IMG/VR virus record: IMGVR_UViG_3300008516_000204
Coordinates: 1 to 64,000 of that record
Direction: 5' to 3' (one strand)
From: a virus
DNA length: 64,000 nt
A program made the translations under genes and the position numbers. Positions 36,256 through 46,855 of this stretch are shown here, in pieces (the first letter of the stretch is position 1; each line of letters starts with the position of its first letter). The notes under the pieces are model-generated. The model did not search any database. It saw nothing but the letters and a program-made list of their open reading frames with translations, and was not told where the DNA came from.

Positions 36256-36451
36256 AGACAGCCGAAGGCTCGTGGGCATTTACCTAAAATTGAAGGAGTA
36301 TGAGGGCGAACTGCTTGAAATGGAGTTTTCACATCCCAACCATAAAGAGTTCAAGGCCATTATATTGAGATGTGTTGATGAGTTGGATGAGGTTGCTCAC
36401 TTGCTTGTTGTGGAAGCGAATCAGATAAAGGGAGATAAAAATGAAAAATAA
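36245..36451 (+). CDS. Hypothetical protein
   Basis: SD, overlapping neighbours. Confidence 0.6.
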   Translation: MQNKDSRRLVGIYLKLKEYEGELLEMEFSHPNHKEFKAIILRCVDELDEVAHLLVVEANQIKGDKNEK

Positions 36452-36677
36452 AATTAAGAAGACAAAGCAACTTATAAAGAAACTAGAGCCTTATTGGAAA
36501 GAACTGCAAGAAATTGAAAGAGAGTACTATAGTGCAGTTTATAGATTAGAAAAGAGAATGTCAAAAGAAATTGGGATATTGGGTTTAGAGTTTTTCCAAT
36601 GTGATAATTTCTTTGTAGGAATTGGTAATTTAGAGAGGACATTGCCACTTATTCACGCTAGGGAGTTAGAAAAATGA
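36441..36677 (+). CDS. Hypothetical protein
   Basis: SD, overlapping neighbours. Confidence 0.6.
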   Translation: MKNKIKKTKQLIKKLEPYWKELQEIEREYYSAVYRLEKRMSKEIGILGLEFFQCDNFFVGIGNLERTLPLIHARELEK

Positions 36678-37213
36678 TAGTTACCGATACTAAACAATTA
36701 CTAATATCTTGTAAAAATGTTCAGCCAGAACAGGCAAAAGAAATTATCCAAAAGCTGGAGAAGGAACTTGTCTTACACAAAAATGGCATAGGACTTTCAG
36801 CAAACCAAATCGGCATCGATGCTAAAGTCGCTATCATTCGTATTCCTGACAAGGAAAAGATTGACCTGATAAATCCCAAAATAGTCGAGCATAGCAAGGA
36901 AATCGTGTTCTACAAAGAGGGTTGTTTGAGCTTGCCTGACCAGAAAAAGGAGATAACGATCCAGAGATACGAGCAGATAACCATCGAGAATGGATTTGAC
37001 AGGACTAAATATGTATTGTATGGGATGGAAGCGATTGCTTGTCAACACGAGATAGACCACCTAAATGGGTTATTGATTACTGATAAGCAAGCCAAACCAT
37101 ATGCAAGACCAGAAAGAAAGATAGGCAGGAACGAGAGATGCAAAGTTTGTGATATGAAATATAAAAAGCACACAAATTCCAATCACGGATTTATTCCAAA
37201 AGAGGGGGAATGA
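36674..37213 (+). CDS. def: Peptide deformylase with SEC-C-like C-terminus
   Basis: GIGLSANQ, EGCLS, QHEIDH; tail KIGRNERC..C..KYKKH. Confidence 0.93.
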   Translation: MIVTDTKQLLISCKNVQPEQAKEIIQKLEKELVLHKNGIGLSANQIGIDAKVAIIRIPDKEKIDLINPKIVEHSKEIVFYKEGCLSLPDQKKEITIQRYEQITIENGFDRTKYVLYGMEAIACQHEIDHLNGLLITDKQAKPYARPERKIGRNERCKVCDMKYKKHTNSNHGFIPKEGE

Positions 37214-38088
37214 TTGAGATGATAAAGTCATTGAGACGAATATTATACACAGTTTTGGTAATCGCTGTTTTGTCCAATGCTTTTATTCATATAAGGGAAA
37301 TTGAAAAGTCGATTTCATTAGAACAAAAAGTAGAAAAAAATGAGACTGTATCACGATTTTCTTTCCAGTTAATAGGTAGCATTTTTGATAATTATGCCAA
37401 AATTATTGCCGATTTGTATAATAGAGTTGATGTTCTTTCTAAAAAGATAGTTGCGGTCAAACCAGATTTTGAAAGATTGATGAACGGAACGGTTATTATT
37501 TACAATGAAGAATATGTAGTTGCTGGGGTGTGCATAGAAGAGGATGAGGATTTTTATTATATCCTGACAGTTCAGCACTTGCTTGGAGATAGAGAAAATG
37601 AAATTTCAAGTCATATAGATACCGTCCCCGAATCGAATATGGGACTGGCTGTCAAATTAGAAAAGATTCAGCAATTTTTTCAAGAGAAAGCATTACAGCA
37701 ATTTGTCCCCAGTGAAGATATTACAGCTATAACTGTCCAGATGAGAAATCATACAATGGTAGCTGGGGAATTTTTATTTGTAAATTATGATTTAGATTTG
37801 GGTTTCCTGAGAATATATAAAAGTGAAAGAGTGGAACTTGAGGTATTAAAATTGGCCGAACCTTATCCCAAAGTAGGAGATGAAGTCTATGTTTTAGGAC
37901 ATCCATTAGGGAGAAAATACAATCTTTCAAAAGGTATAGTGAGCAAAACAGATATTGATTCCACTTATTTTGGTATTGATGCTCTTACTACTTTTGGTAA
38001 TTCGGGAGGTGCTGTTTTTAATAATAGAGGAGAAATCATTGGTATCTGTAGTATGGTTCCAGTGTATAGCTTTGAAATAGAGGAATAA
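37210..38088 (+). CDS. Membrane-anchored trypsin-like serine protease
   Basis: ILTVQH, DL..L, GHPLG, GNSGG; N-terminal TM and coiled coil. Confidence 0.88.
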   Translation: MIEMIKSLRRILYTVLVIAVLSNAFIHIREIEKSISLEQKVEKNETVSRFSFQLIGSIFDNYAKIIADLYNRVDVLSKKIVAVKPDFERLMNGTVIIYNEEYVVAGVCIEEDEDFYYILTVQHLLGDRENEISSHIDTVPESNMGLAVKLEKIQQFFQEKALQQFVPSEDITAITVQMRNHTMVAGEFLFVNYDLDLGFLRIYKSERVELEVLKLAEPYPKVGDEVYVLGHPLGRKYNLSKGIVSKTDIDSTYFGIDALTTFGNSGGAVFNNRGEIIGICSMVPVYSFEIEE

Positions 38089-38107
38089 AAACTACCAAAA
38101 ATAGGAG

Positions 38108-39325
38108 ATGATTAAAATGAAAAAGAAAACTAATTTAGTGCAGTTTAACAAGGATTACAACAGGGGGTTGACTACCACTCAACTGTCCATTAAATATGGC
38201 ATCAGCGAAAGGACTGTTGAGAGAATAGCAGCCAAACAAAGAGCAAAAGGACAGTTAAACTATAAGAAATATATTACCAAATCAGGGGTTATCAAGGAAG
38301 ATGCTTCTGTAACACAGAAAGAATTGTTGAAACTTTTGGCTCTTTATGAGACCAAATCTGTAGTTGCCAAGAAACTGGGCATAAGTGAAGGCAAAGTGAG
38401 GGGATTATGCAAGCAATATAATATAATCGATTCAACAACTCGTTCTAAACTTCTGGTAGAATCCTTGCACGAACTTACGAAAGATGTTAAACCATATCAG
38501 GCAGCCAAAACCCATTCACATATTACTGGCGAAACGCTGGTAATCCAATTAACCGACTGGCATGCTGGAAAAATAGTAAAAGACCAACAGGGTAATGTGG
38601 TCTATAACGAAGCCGTATTTAAGCGGAGAATGGATAAATTCTGTGCCCAGATATTGAAGCTATTGGACAACCACATTAAGAAAGGGACTAAAATCAATGA
38701 TGTGGTTCTCATCTCGACTGGAGATAATGCCAATGGCGAAGACATATATGCAACACAGGCATATGAACAAGAGCTTGCACCTCCTTATCAGGTAATGTTG
38801 GTTGTGGAAGTGTTTACCAAATTGATTCAGGCTTTGCTAGATAGGAAACTAAATGTTAAGTTTTATGGGGTAAAGGGAAATCATGGTCGCCTTGGCAAGG
38901 ATAAAGACCCGAATTCCAACTGGGATATTATGATATACCTTATCCTCAAATATCAAGCGTATGCTAATAATAAAAAGGTTGAGATAAATTTTTCTACTTT
39001 AGATTACCTCAATTTTGAAATACAGGGATGGAAATACCACATTCGGCATATAGCACCAGAGCAACCAGACACATCTGCAAGCAGGGCGAAGTTTGGTGGG
39101 TGGGCTGGTATGCACAACGCCGATGCGATAGTCTATGGACACTTTCATCACTTCGGCATTTTCGATGCCAATGGAACGAGAGTGTTCAGGGGCGGTTCGC
39201 CCATCGGTGCGGATGAGTTTGCCGAATCTTTGGCTAAAGAGGCTGACCCAGTTCAGTTGGTCTGGGGCGTTTCAAAGGAGAGGATTCTGACCTTTAGCTA
39301 TGCGGTTGATTTAGCGGATATTTAA
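38108..39325 (+). CDS. HTH + calcineurin-like metallophosphoesterase
   Basis: DWH, GD, GNH, H, GHFH motifs; two N-terminal HTHs. Confidence 0.85.
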   Translation: MIKMKKKTNLVQFNKDYNRGLTTTQLSIKYGISERTVERIAAKQRAKGQLNYKKYITKSGVIKEDASVTQKELLKLLALYETKSVVAKKLGISEGKVRGLCKQYNIIDSTTRSKLLVESLHELTKDVKPYQAAKTHSHITGETLVIQLTDWHAGKIVKDQQGNVVYNEAVFKRRMDKFCAQILKLLDNHIKKGTKINDVVLISTGDNANGEDIYATQAYEQELAPPYQVMLVVEVFTKLIQALLDRKLNVKFYGVKGNHGRLGKDKDPNSNWDIMIYLILKYQAYANNKKVEINFSTLDYLNFEIQGWKYHIRHIAPEQPDTSASRAKFGGWAGMHNADAIVYGHFHHFGIFDANGTRVFRGGSPIGADEFAESLAKEADPVQLVWGVSKERILTFSYAVDLADI

Positions 39326-39476
39326 TGAGGAGCAATAAAATGATTTTTGGATTTTGGGATAAAATTATGTTTACAATTATTGCTTATAGTATGATGATTT
39401 ATTATTACATAAAAATCCACTTAGAAATTTTGGGAGTGATTTATTTAATTAAGGTAGTAAAAAGGAGGGTACCTTA

Positions 39477-39758
39477 ATGCCTTATATTACACAAAGAGAC
39501 AAGGATAGATTTACAGCTAATGCAGATAATAATGGAGTAGCAGAATATCTAAGTAGATTAGGATTAGGAGAATTTGCTGGGCATCTAAATTATCTCAATT
39601 TTAAGATAGTTCGTAGATGGATAAAAAAGAACGGCAAAAAATATTTTGCATTTGCTACTATTGTAGGAACTTTAATTTGTTGTATATTAGAGATTTATCG
39701 CAGATTAGTCGCTCCTTATGAAGACAAAAAAATTCGTGAAAACGGGGATGTGAAGTGA
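39477..39758 (+). CDS. Conserved phage protein (MPYI...G.LNY...E.YRR..APYED.K..ENGDV family)
   Basis: Recognisable motif set. Confidence 0.75.
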   Translation: MPYITQRDKDRFTANADNNGVAEYLSRLGLGEFAGHLNYLNFKIVRRWIKKNGKKYFAFATIVGTLICCILEIYRRLVAPYEDKKIRENGDVK

Positions 39759-39946
39759 TGGGATTTTTTGAGTTTGGAGAGGATATTTTTAAAGAGGAAT
39801 ATAAAGATAGTTTGGATAGATTTACTAAAAGAGCATTGAATAGGGCTGCTAAAGATATTAATTTTTTAAACAAGATATCTGACAAAATTCGTTCTCGAAT
39901 TGAGTCTATCAGAAAATTTAATAAGATAATTGATAATATAAAATAA
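39755..39946 (+). CDS. Hypothetical protein
   Basis: Coupled. Confidence 0.5.
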   Translation: MMGFFEFGEDIFKEEYKDSLDRFTKRALNRAAKDINFLNKISDKIRSRIESIRKFNKIIDNIK

Positions 39947-39947
39947 T

Positions 39948-42900
39948 ATGAAAACTATAGCATTAGCAATGATAGTCAAAAACGAATCGAGAGTGATAAA
40001 GCGTTGCCTCGATTCTGTCAAAAACATTATTGACTATTATGTGATAATAGAGGACACCGCTTCTACCGATGGCACAGCAGATATTATTCGTGAAACCCTG
40101 AAAGATATCCCAGGCGAGATAATACAGAAGGACTGGGTAGGATTTGCGGATACTCGAAACCATTATATTGAGGCATCGAAAGGGAAGGCGGATTATATTT
40201 TGGTAATGGATGCCGACCAAATTTTGGAAGTTGATAACGATTTTGACAAGGATAAATTGGACAAGGACATTTATAACTGTATCGTGAAATATCCCACATT
40301 GCAACACCATTTCCCCAAGATATTTAGACCAGATTGCGGATGCAAATATAAGGGCATTATACATAACTTTTTATCTACGAGTAATGTAACTGTGGGACAG
40401 CTAAATAATATCAGATTTTTAGATCTACACGACGGGAAGCGGGCAATGAATTATTCGGAAAAGATAAAGAAAGATATTGAGATTTTGAAAAGTGCTATTA
40501 AGGCAGACCCAGCAAATAAAGTGAGATATACATTTTACTTGGCACAATCTTTGCGTGAAGATGGAAGATATGAACAGGCTATTAGATACTATAAGAAACG
40601 AGTAAGTTATAAGGGTTGGCGAGAGGAAGTTTATCGAAGTTTATACCAAATAGGTAATTGTTATTTAGCACTTAAAGATTATAATAGAGCTATCTACAGT
40701 TACTTAAAAGCATATAATTACAGACCAACGAGGGCAGAATCTATTTTCAAATTAGCACTTTTATATCGCAATCTCGGACAGAGGCAATTGGCGTACGAAT
40801 TTTCTAAAATAGGAATCGGGATTAAGTATCCCAAATCCGATACATTATTTGTTGAGCATAATATCTACGATTATCTAATGTTGTTTGAGTATTCAATTGC
40901 CCTTTATTATGTAGGAAGATATGCGGAGTCGATTAGGGTTTGTAATAGGATAGATTCTATGGTGGGAGTTCCCAAATCTATTAAAGAACAGAATAGAAAA
41001 AATCGGGAGTTCTCGCTGAATAAGATTTCAGAGTGGTCTATGGACAAGGAAATGTATAATTGGATAAGAAGAAATGTACCCAGAGGGGGTACTATACTTG
41101 AACTTGGAAGTGGGAAAAGCACGATAGATTTAGAAAAGGATTATAGAGTATATTCAGTAGAGCATAGTAAAGAGTGGTTAAATCTCTCACCCAAAAGTAG
41201 ATATATTTATGCTCCGATAAGAAAGGGTTGGTATGATATTGATGTATTGAAAAGGGAGATGCCAATTCACTATAATTTGATAATTGTGGATGGTCCGCCA
41301 GGATATATAGGAAGAAAGGGTTTCTATGAGAATCTAAAATTGTTTAATACCAAAGTTCCCATTCTATTTGACGATACCAATCGCAAAGCAGAAAAAGGTT
41401 TATTGGAAAAGGTAGCAAAGAAATTAAGAACCAAATATACAGAATATAATGTCAGTAATAAAAAGTTTGCTGTGCTTAATTATATAGAGAAAAAGCCTAA
41501 GAAATATGATGTTATTTTCTATGATAATGTTACAACACCATTTACTTCAAGGACTTGGAAAAGTAAGGCTGTCGGGGCTTCAATATTGGAAGCATCATTA
41601 TTGCTAACTGAACTCGCTAAAGAGAAGAAAGTTTTGGCTTTTTCTCGGACAGATAAGTCAAAGGTACAAGATAGAATTTTGTGGAAGAATTATAATAATT
41701 GCTACAATTATGAGTGCGATACTCTGATAGTTTTCAGATACAGTAGTTTGCCTCCAATTAAGTATAAAAGACTTATCGTATGGGCACACGATGCACCACC
41801 ACTCGCCCATAGGCATTTATTTGAAGCATTAAATAGGGATAACGCAACTTTGGTTACAATATCGGATTGGCAGAAATCTCTTTTCGAAAAATATGTAAAG
41901 AATATTGAGACGATAAGATTATGGCTTCCAGATTGGATTTACAGTTATAAGACAGAAAAAGACCCAAATAAATATATCTATGCGAGTGCCAATGTGAAAG
42001 GATTAGATAGCACGATTAAACTGTGGTCGGAACTAAAAAGAGATAGCCGAATGATAGGGGCAACCTTGTATGTTTGTACGCCTGGATATGACAAAGTGGA
42101 TGAACAAAAATTGAGGGAAGCAGGTGTAGTATTTTTAGGAAGCCTTCCAACATTAGAAGATGTAATCAGGGAAATTGCAAGTTCGGTAGGAATGTTTTAT
42201 GTCAATGATTTTCCAGAGACATTTGGGGTATCTCCTTATTTGGCAGAAGTATTAGGTTGCCGAACTCATATTTTATGTGTAAAAGGATTTGGTGCTTTGA
42301 GAGAAGTGTTGAATAGCGATTTACTGACAGATGATAGGGATAAGTTTATGGCAGATGTTTTGGAGGCACATCAAAATGGTGGGCATATATTTGAGCCAGA
42401 TGTACTTACAAAAGAGGAACAATATAGAAAATGGAAGGCAATGATAGATAAAAAGGAAATCACCGAAATCCTACAGGAAAGCGATATTCCAAAAGGGATG
42501 TATTTGAGGAATTTTGAGGGTGGTAAAGAGGGATTACAGGAACTGATTAGCAACTTACCGAAGAATTGTGTTATGGCTGAAATTGGAAGTTATATTGGAG
42601 AGTCTACTGAATTATTTGCTAAAAATTGTTTTAGAGTTTATGCTATCGATGCTTGGGAAAATTATTACGATAAAAATGATAAATCATCTTATCAGTATCC
42701 TATGAAGTTAGTAGAGCAGGCTTTTGATGTTAAAACAAAAAAATTCTTTCTTAAGATAGTAAAAATAAAAAAATATAGTAAAGAAGCAAGTGAGACTTTT
42801 GGAAACAAGATTTTTGATTTTGTCTACATAGATAGCAATCATCAGTATGAGAATATCCTTGAGGATATTAAGATTTGGTTGCCGAAGATAAAGCCGAATG

Positions 42901-43031
42901 GGATGATAGGCGGGCACGATTATGGCTATTTACCCAATGTTACAAAAGCGGTTGATAAAGTATTCGGGGAGCAGAAAGTAGAAACTTTTGAGGACACAAG
43001 TTGGTTGGTTAGATTGGAAAATGTAAAATGA
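39948..43031 (+). CDS. Multidomain GT2-TPR / SAM methyltransferase / GT-B-like / methyltransferase protein
   Basis: MIVKNE..I.RCL.S, STDGT, MDAD; TPR helices; LELGSG.ST, VDGP; PETFG...AE; EIGS..G.S, YID..H.YE, GHDY. Confidence 0.85.
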   Translation: MKTIALAMIVKNESRVIKRCLDSVKNIIDYYVIIEDTASTDGTADIIRETLKDIPGEIIQKDWVGFADTRNHYIEASKGKADYILVMDADQILEVDNDFDKDKLDKDIYNCIVKYPTLQHHFPKIFRPDCGCKYKGIIHNFLSTSNVTVGQLNNIRFLDLHDGKRAMNYSEKIKKDIEILKSAIKADPANKVRYTFYLAQSLREDGRYEQAIRYYKKRVSYKGWREEVYRSLYQIGNCYLALKDYNRAIYSYLKAYNYRPTRAESIFKLALLYRNLGQRQLAYEFSKIGIGIKYPKSDTLFVEHNIYDYLMLFEYSIALYYVGRYAESIRVCNRIDSMVGVPKSIKEQNRKNREFSLNKISEWSMDKEMYNWIRRNVPRGGTILELGSGKSTIDLEKDYRVYSVEHSKEWLNLSPKSRYIYAPIRKGWYDIDVLKREMPIHYNLIIVDGPPGYIGRKGFYENLKLFNTKVPILFDDTNRKAEKGLLEKVAKKLRTKYTEYNVSNKKFAVLNYIEKKPKKYDVIFYDNVTTPFTSRTWKSKAVGASILEASLLLTELAKEKKVLAFSRTDKSKVQDRILWKNYNNCYNYECDTLIVFRYSSLPPIKYKRLIVWAHDAPPLAHRHLFEALNRDNATLVTISDWQKSLFEKYVKNIETIRLWLPDWIYSYKTEKDPNKYIYASANVKGLDSTIKLWSELKRDSRMIGATLYVCTPGYDKVDEQKLREAGVVFLGSLPTLEDVIREIASSVGMFYVNDFPETFGVSPYLAEVLGCRTHILCVKGFGALREVLNSDLLTDDRDKFMADVLEAHQNGGHIFEPDVLTKEEQYRKWKAMIDKKEITEILQESDIPKGMYLRNFEGGKEGLQELISNLPKNCVMAEIGSYIGESTELFAKNCFRVYAIDAWENYYDKNDKSSYQYPMKLVEQAFDVKTKKFFLKIVKIKKYSKEASETFGNKIFDFVYIDSNHQYENILEDIKIWLPKIKPNGMIGGHDYGYLPNVTKAVDKVFGEQKVETFEDTSWLVRLENVK

Positions 43032-43270
43032 AAACTATAAAAGAAGTTTATTATAGCCCCAAATATAATCGATTTGTTCAAATTAGAGGACTCCGAGATG
43101 ATGGATATATAATTGGAGGTTTTACTATTTTTTATAATGATGCTTTTACCACTACCAGAAATAGCAAGATGAGTAGAAATTTCTGTAAAGATTTTATTGA
43201 AATTGATAATATAGATGAGCTCAAATTTGCTAAATTGGATGAAAATACTAATACTTGGAGAATAAAATGA
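43028..43270 (+). CDS. Hypothetical protein
   Basis: ATGA-type overlaps on both sides. Confidence 0.55.
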   Translation: MKTIKEVYYSPKYNRFVQIRGLRDDGYIIGGFTIFYNDAFTTTRNSKMSRNFCKDFIEIDNIDELKFAKLDENTNTWRIK

Positions 43271-44070
43271 ACATAGGTATCTGGGGAACTGGCATAGTAG
43301 GCTCGGCAACAGGCAGGGTGCTTGAGCAGGCACACAAGGTCTATTACTATGATAAGTATAAAAAAGACCCCAAACTTACTACTGATAAAGAGTTGGTGGA
43401 TAATTGCCAGATTATATTCATTACTGTTCCTACACCTATGTTGCGAAGCGGTAGGATTGGTATAAGAGATATAAAAGACTCTCTATTTCAAATACAAAGA
43501 TTGACGAAATTGAGGAAGATAATTGTTATCAAAAGCACAGTAGTCCCAGGTACTACCAAGCGATTTGTCTACAAGTTTCCACAGTTTGACTTTGCCCATA
43601 ATCCAGAATTTTTGCGGGCTAAATATGCTTATGAAGATATGTTAAACTCCAAAAGAGTAGTGCTTGGTGTGGATAAAGATGAAATTTTCCAGATACTTGA
43701 GAAAATGTATCGTGAGATATTTAAGGAAATTCCTATTATAAAGGCGACATTCACCGAAGCCGAGATAGTAAAATATGCCTCCAATATAATGTTAGCTGGG
43801 CAGATAGCACTGGCTAATGAATTGTATCAGGTTTGTAAGCAGTTAAGAATAGACTATAAAATAATTGAACAAGTTTTAAGTTATGATAAAAGAATAGGAA
43901 CAAATATTAAAATGCCAGGTTTGGATGGTAAATTAGGTTTCGGTGGTGGATGTTTTCCTAAAGACCTCAATGCACTGATTTATAGGTCAAGGGAAGCGGG
44001 TTATCGCCCATATTTGTTGGAAGAAATTTGGCGATTAAATGTGAGAGTTAGGAAAGGTGCTAAAAAATGA
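43267..44070 (+). CDS. ugd: UDP-glucose/GDP-mannose dehydrogenase family (lacks the C-terminal domain)
   Basis: G.G.VG Rossmann, VPTP, KSTV.PG, NPEFL, AE..K...N, GFGG.CFPKD. Confidence 0.9.
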   Translation: MNIGIWGTGIVGSATGRVLEQAHKVYYYDKYKKDPKLTTDKELVDNCQIIFITVPTPMLRSGRIGIRDIKDSLFQIQRLTKLRKIIVIKSTVVPGTTKRFVYKFPQFDFAHNPEFLRAKYAYEDMLNSKRVVLGVDKDEIFQILEKMYREIFKEIPIIKATFTEAEIVKYASNIMLAGQIALANELYQVCKQLRIDYKIIEQVLSYDKRIGTNIKMPGLDGKLGFGGGCFPKDLNALIYRSREAGYRPYLLEEIWRLNVRVRKGAKK

Positions 44071-44720
44071 CAAACGAGCATATCCTAAAAGTCTATTTGG
44101 CAGGTCCGATGGAAGACATTCCAGATGGTGGTATTCAGTGGCGAAACAGGATTACACCCAAATTAATTGAATATTTTGGCGATAGAATTGTCATTCAAGA
44201 CCCTTGCCGAATGGAAAACGATAAACTAAAGGGCTTCGTAGACCCAAATACTCCATTGGAAAAAGTCAAAGAGGTATTGCAGGGTTGGAGACAGGGTGGG
44301 CATTGGGATAAGTTTGACCCAGCAATGGAAAAGATAATTGATATGGATTTTGATTGTGTCGAGAAAAGTGATTTTATTATTCTCTTCCTAAAATTTAAAG
44401 ATAGGGATGGTAAAAAAGTTCAAATGGGTGGAACTATCAGTGAACTCACTTACGCTTACAGACATCGTATTCCAATTTATGCGGTTACATACAATACTAT
44501 TTCAGAAGAGAATAGTTGGATAGTTCGTATGGCACGGGGAAAAACAAAAGCTATTGGAGATAGAAAGATTTATCCCAATTTTGCCCAAGCATTGGAAGCC
44601 ATCAAAGAGGATTATAGGGAATTTAAGGTACCCAAGAAAGAAGCCGAAAAAGCATTAAAGGAATTCAAATCCGAACAAAAACCTGATGAACCCCTTAAGG
44701 AAGCTAAAGGTGAAAAATGA
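44067..44720 (+). CDS. Nucleoside 2-deoxyribosyltransferase-like protein
   Basis: VYLAGPM, D...V..SD, GT..E..YA. Confidence 0.8.
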   Translation: MTNEHILKVYLAGPMEDIPDGGIQWRNRITPKLIEYFGDRIVIQDPCRMENDKLKGFVDPNTPLEKVKEVLQGWRQGGHWDKFDPAMEKIIDMDFDCVEKSDFIILFLKFKDRDGKKVQMGGTISELTYAYRHRIPIYAVTYNTISEENSWIVRMARGKTKAIGDRKIYPNFAQALEAIKEDYREFKVPKKEAEKALKEFKSEQKPDEPLKEAKGEK

Positions 44721-45151
44721 TTAATTACTTAATAGGTATAGGACTAAGTTTGGTTCTTAGTGGTTTGATTGGGTGGGAACGAGAATCCCAAAAGAAACCA
44801 GCAGGACTGAGAGATGCTATGCTAATTTGTCTTGGTGCTACTATGTTTACTATTATCTCGCTTATTTTAAGGGATGTTCCTGCTTCTGAAGGAGTTAAGT
44901 ATGATTTAGGAAGAATTATTGCTTACACTGTGGCTGGTGTCGGCTTTCTTGGTGGTGGGGTTATGCTAACCAATAAAAAGAAAATTGAGGGAATTACCAC
45001 AGCAAGTATGCTTTGGGCGATTGTAGGTATCGGAATTTTATGTGGGTTAGGGGAATATTTATTGGCTAGCATTTGTACGGGAGCAATTTATTTAACCTTA
45101 AAATTAAAATATGTTCAAATTAAAATAATTAAACAAAAAAATAAGAAATGA
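44717..45151 (+). CDS. mgtC: MgtC/SapB family membrane protein
   Basis: IG.ERE...K.AGLR, R..A..V.G.GFLG.G, G.TTA...W. Confidence 0.9.
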   Translation: MINYLIGIGLSLVLSGLIGWERESQKKPAGLRDAMLICLGATMFTIISLILRDVPASEGVKYDLGRIIAYTVAGVGFLGGGVMLTNKKKIEGITTASMLWAIVGIGILCGLGEYLLASICTGAIYLTLKLKYVQIKIIKQKNKK

Positions 45152-45738
45152 GAAAATTAATATTATTAGCAATATTCATAAGTTTATCTATATATTTGAT
45201 TAAGACGAATTTTGTAGAGCTTAAATATCATTTGCCCCTGCCTATAAAAATAGAAACCAGAGCAAATCTGACAGAGACTAAAAAAATGTTGCAGGGCAAT
45301 CCGATGAAAATAGCAAGATGGTTGGATAACAATATAACTGGAAAGTCAGATGGAAGAATTCAGTATGCCCAAACACCAGAAGAGACATTTGAGAGGCGCA
45401 CTGGTGATTGCGAAGATTATAGTATTTTGGCAAAATATTTTTTAGATTCTCGATATGATGAAATTTATTTAATAATCTGGCAAGGAAAGTCTAAGTCCTC
45501 ATCTGAACATTATGCAAAGCGTAAACAACAATCAATATGTCACTGTATTTGTGTATTCAAGATAGGCGAAAAAATGTGGGGTATAATGGATAATAGCAAT
45601 TTTATAATGGCTTATGGTTCAATAGAAGATATAGTTAAAGCAGATTGTGAATTTAGAGATACTAGGATTGGGCGTGCCTATATTGTGCGATTTACTCACT
45701 ATATTTATCGAAGAATTAAGAAACTGGATATAAAATGA
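45148..45738 (+). CDS. Transglutaminase-like cysteine protease (BTLCP/LapG-like), N-terminal anchor
   Basis: QTPEET..R.TGDCEDY.I.AKY...H....MDN triad. Confidence 0.75.
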   Translation: MRKLILLAIFISLSIYLIKTNFVELKYHLPLPIKIETRANLTETKKMLQGNPMKIARWLDNNITGKSDGRIQYAQTPEETFERRTGDCEDYSILAKYFLDSRYDEIYLIIWQGKSKSSSEHYAKRKQQSICHCICVFKIGEKMWGIMDNSNFIMAYGSIEDIVKADCEFRDTRIGRAYIVRFTHYIYRRIKKLDIK

Positions 45739-46271
45739 CCAAGAGAAAGAAAAATAAGAAATCACGACGAGACAAATCCCGTGTCCTACATCTATTCAAG
45801 GAAATCAATAGCGATAGTGTTGAAAATATTATCACAAAACTCCTCGAATTAGATAGGGACAGGAAGCGGAGGCTCATTACCATTTATATAAATTCTCCTG
45901 GTGGGGATTGTGGTTCAGGATTTGCTCTCATCGATATTATGGAAAAATGTAAGTGCCCTATTAAAACAATCGCTGTGGGCGAGGTGGCGAGTATGGCTGT
46001 TCCAATTTTTTTGGCTGGAACGCAGGGAAGGCGCTATATCTCCAAGCATACATTTCTTATGATACATCCGCTTCATTTGGGAGCGAGGGATTATTTATCT
46101 TTCGCTAAATCGAGAGTGTTAAATGCCGAAGAACTTGAGAAATTGTATGACAACTATGTTATTGATAGAAGCAATTTACCTAAAAAGATTATAGATAAGG
46201 CAAAGACTAAAGAAGTATGGCTTAATGCTAAAGAGTGTTTAAAATATGGGTTGGCTGACAAGGAACTATAA
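45735..46271 (+). CDS. clpP: ClpP-family protease
   Basis: I.INSPGG, G..ASMA, MIH, W..A.E...YGL.D. Confidence 0.9.
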   Translation: MTKRKKNKKSRRDKSRVLHLFKEINSDSVENIITKLLELDRDRKRRLITIYINSPGGDCGSGFALIDIMEKCKCPIKTIAVGEVASMAVPIFLAGTQGRRYISKHTFLMIHPLHLGARDYLSFAKSRVLNAEELEKLYDNYVIDRSNLPKKIIDKAKTKEVWLNAKECLKYGLADKEL

Positions 46272-46523
46272 ATGAAAAGGCTTAAGAAAATCAAGCAGAT
46301 ACAGAAATTTCAGAGGGCTTATACAGCCCTCACGAGTAAGCTATTCGAGGCTGTAAAAAATGATGAGCCAGACGATTTCAAGAAGCTGGTTATGGGTTAT
46401 CTGATGGAACAGCAGAGATTGAATACGGAATTCTCTATGGACTTATTAAGGGCGATTCCAAAGGAAGTTGATAAGGACAGATTTGATAATATTATAAAAC
46501 CATTAGAAAAGGAGATTGGATAA
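46272..46523 (+). CDS. Hypothetical protein
   Basis: Coupled. Confidence 0.6.
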   Translation: MKRLKKIKQIQKFQRAYTALTSKLFEAVKNDEPDDFKKLVMGYLMEQQRLNTEFSMDLLRAIPKEVDKDRFDNIIKPLEKEIG

Positions 46524-46855
46524 TGCTAAAAAAAGACAGAGATAAGAGCAGAAAGATTCAAGCCAAAGAGAAGGATATCCCAAGAAAACTATCCTATTTC
46601 AATGAGTTTATAGGACATATGAAAAGCATTATACTCCAAGGGACAGACAAATATACTGGGGCAGAAAAGGACAAAGCCGAAACTATAGATATTATGCCCC
46701 AAGTTGTCGGGGAAGATGGGTATGTGAGTTTCATTATCTGTGATATATTAAAGAGGTTGATTAGGTTCAAGAATGATAGGAGAGAGAGAGATATAATCAA
46801 AATAGCTGTCTGGTGTTATTTACTGTTAAAATTTTATAAGGATAAACACAAATGA
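46523..46855 (+). CDS. Hypothetical helical protein
   Basis: G..KY...D..K..D.K.A.W pattern reminiscent of all-alpha nucleotide hydrolases; weak. Confidence 0.55.
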   Translation: MLKKDRDKSRKIQAKEKDIPRKLSYFNEFIGHMKSIILQGTDKYTGAEKDKAETIDIMPQVVGEDGYVSFIICDILKRLIRFKNDRRERDIIKIAVWCYLLLKFYKDKHK

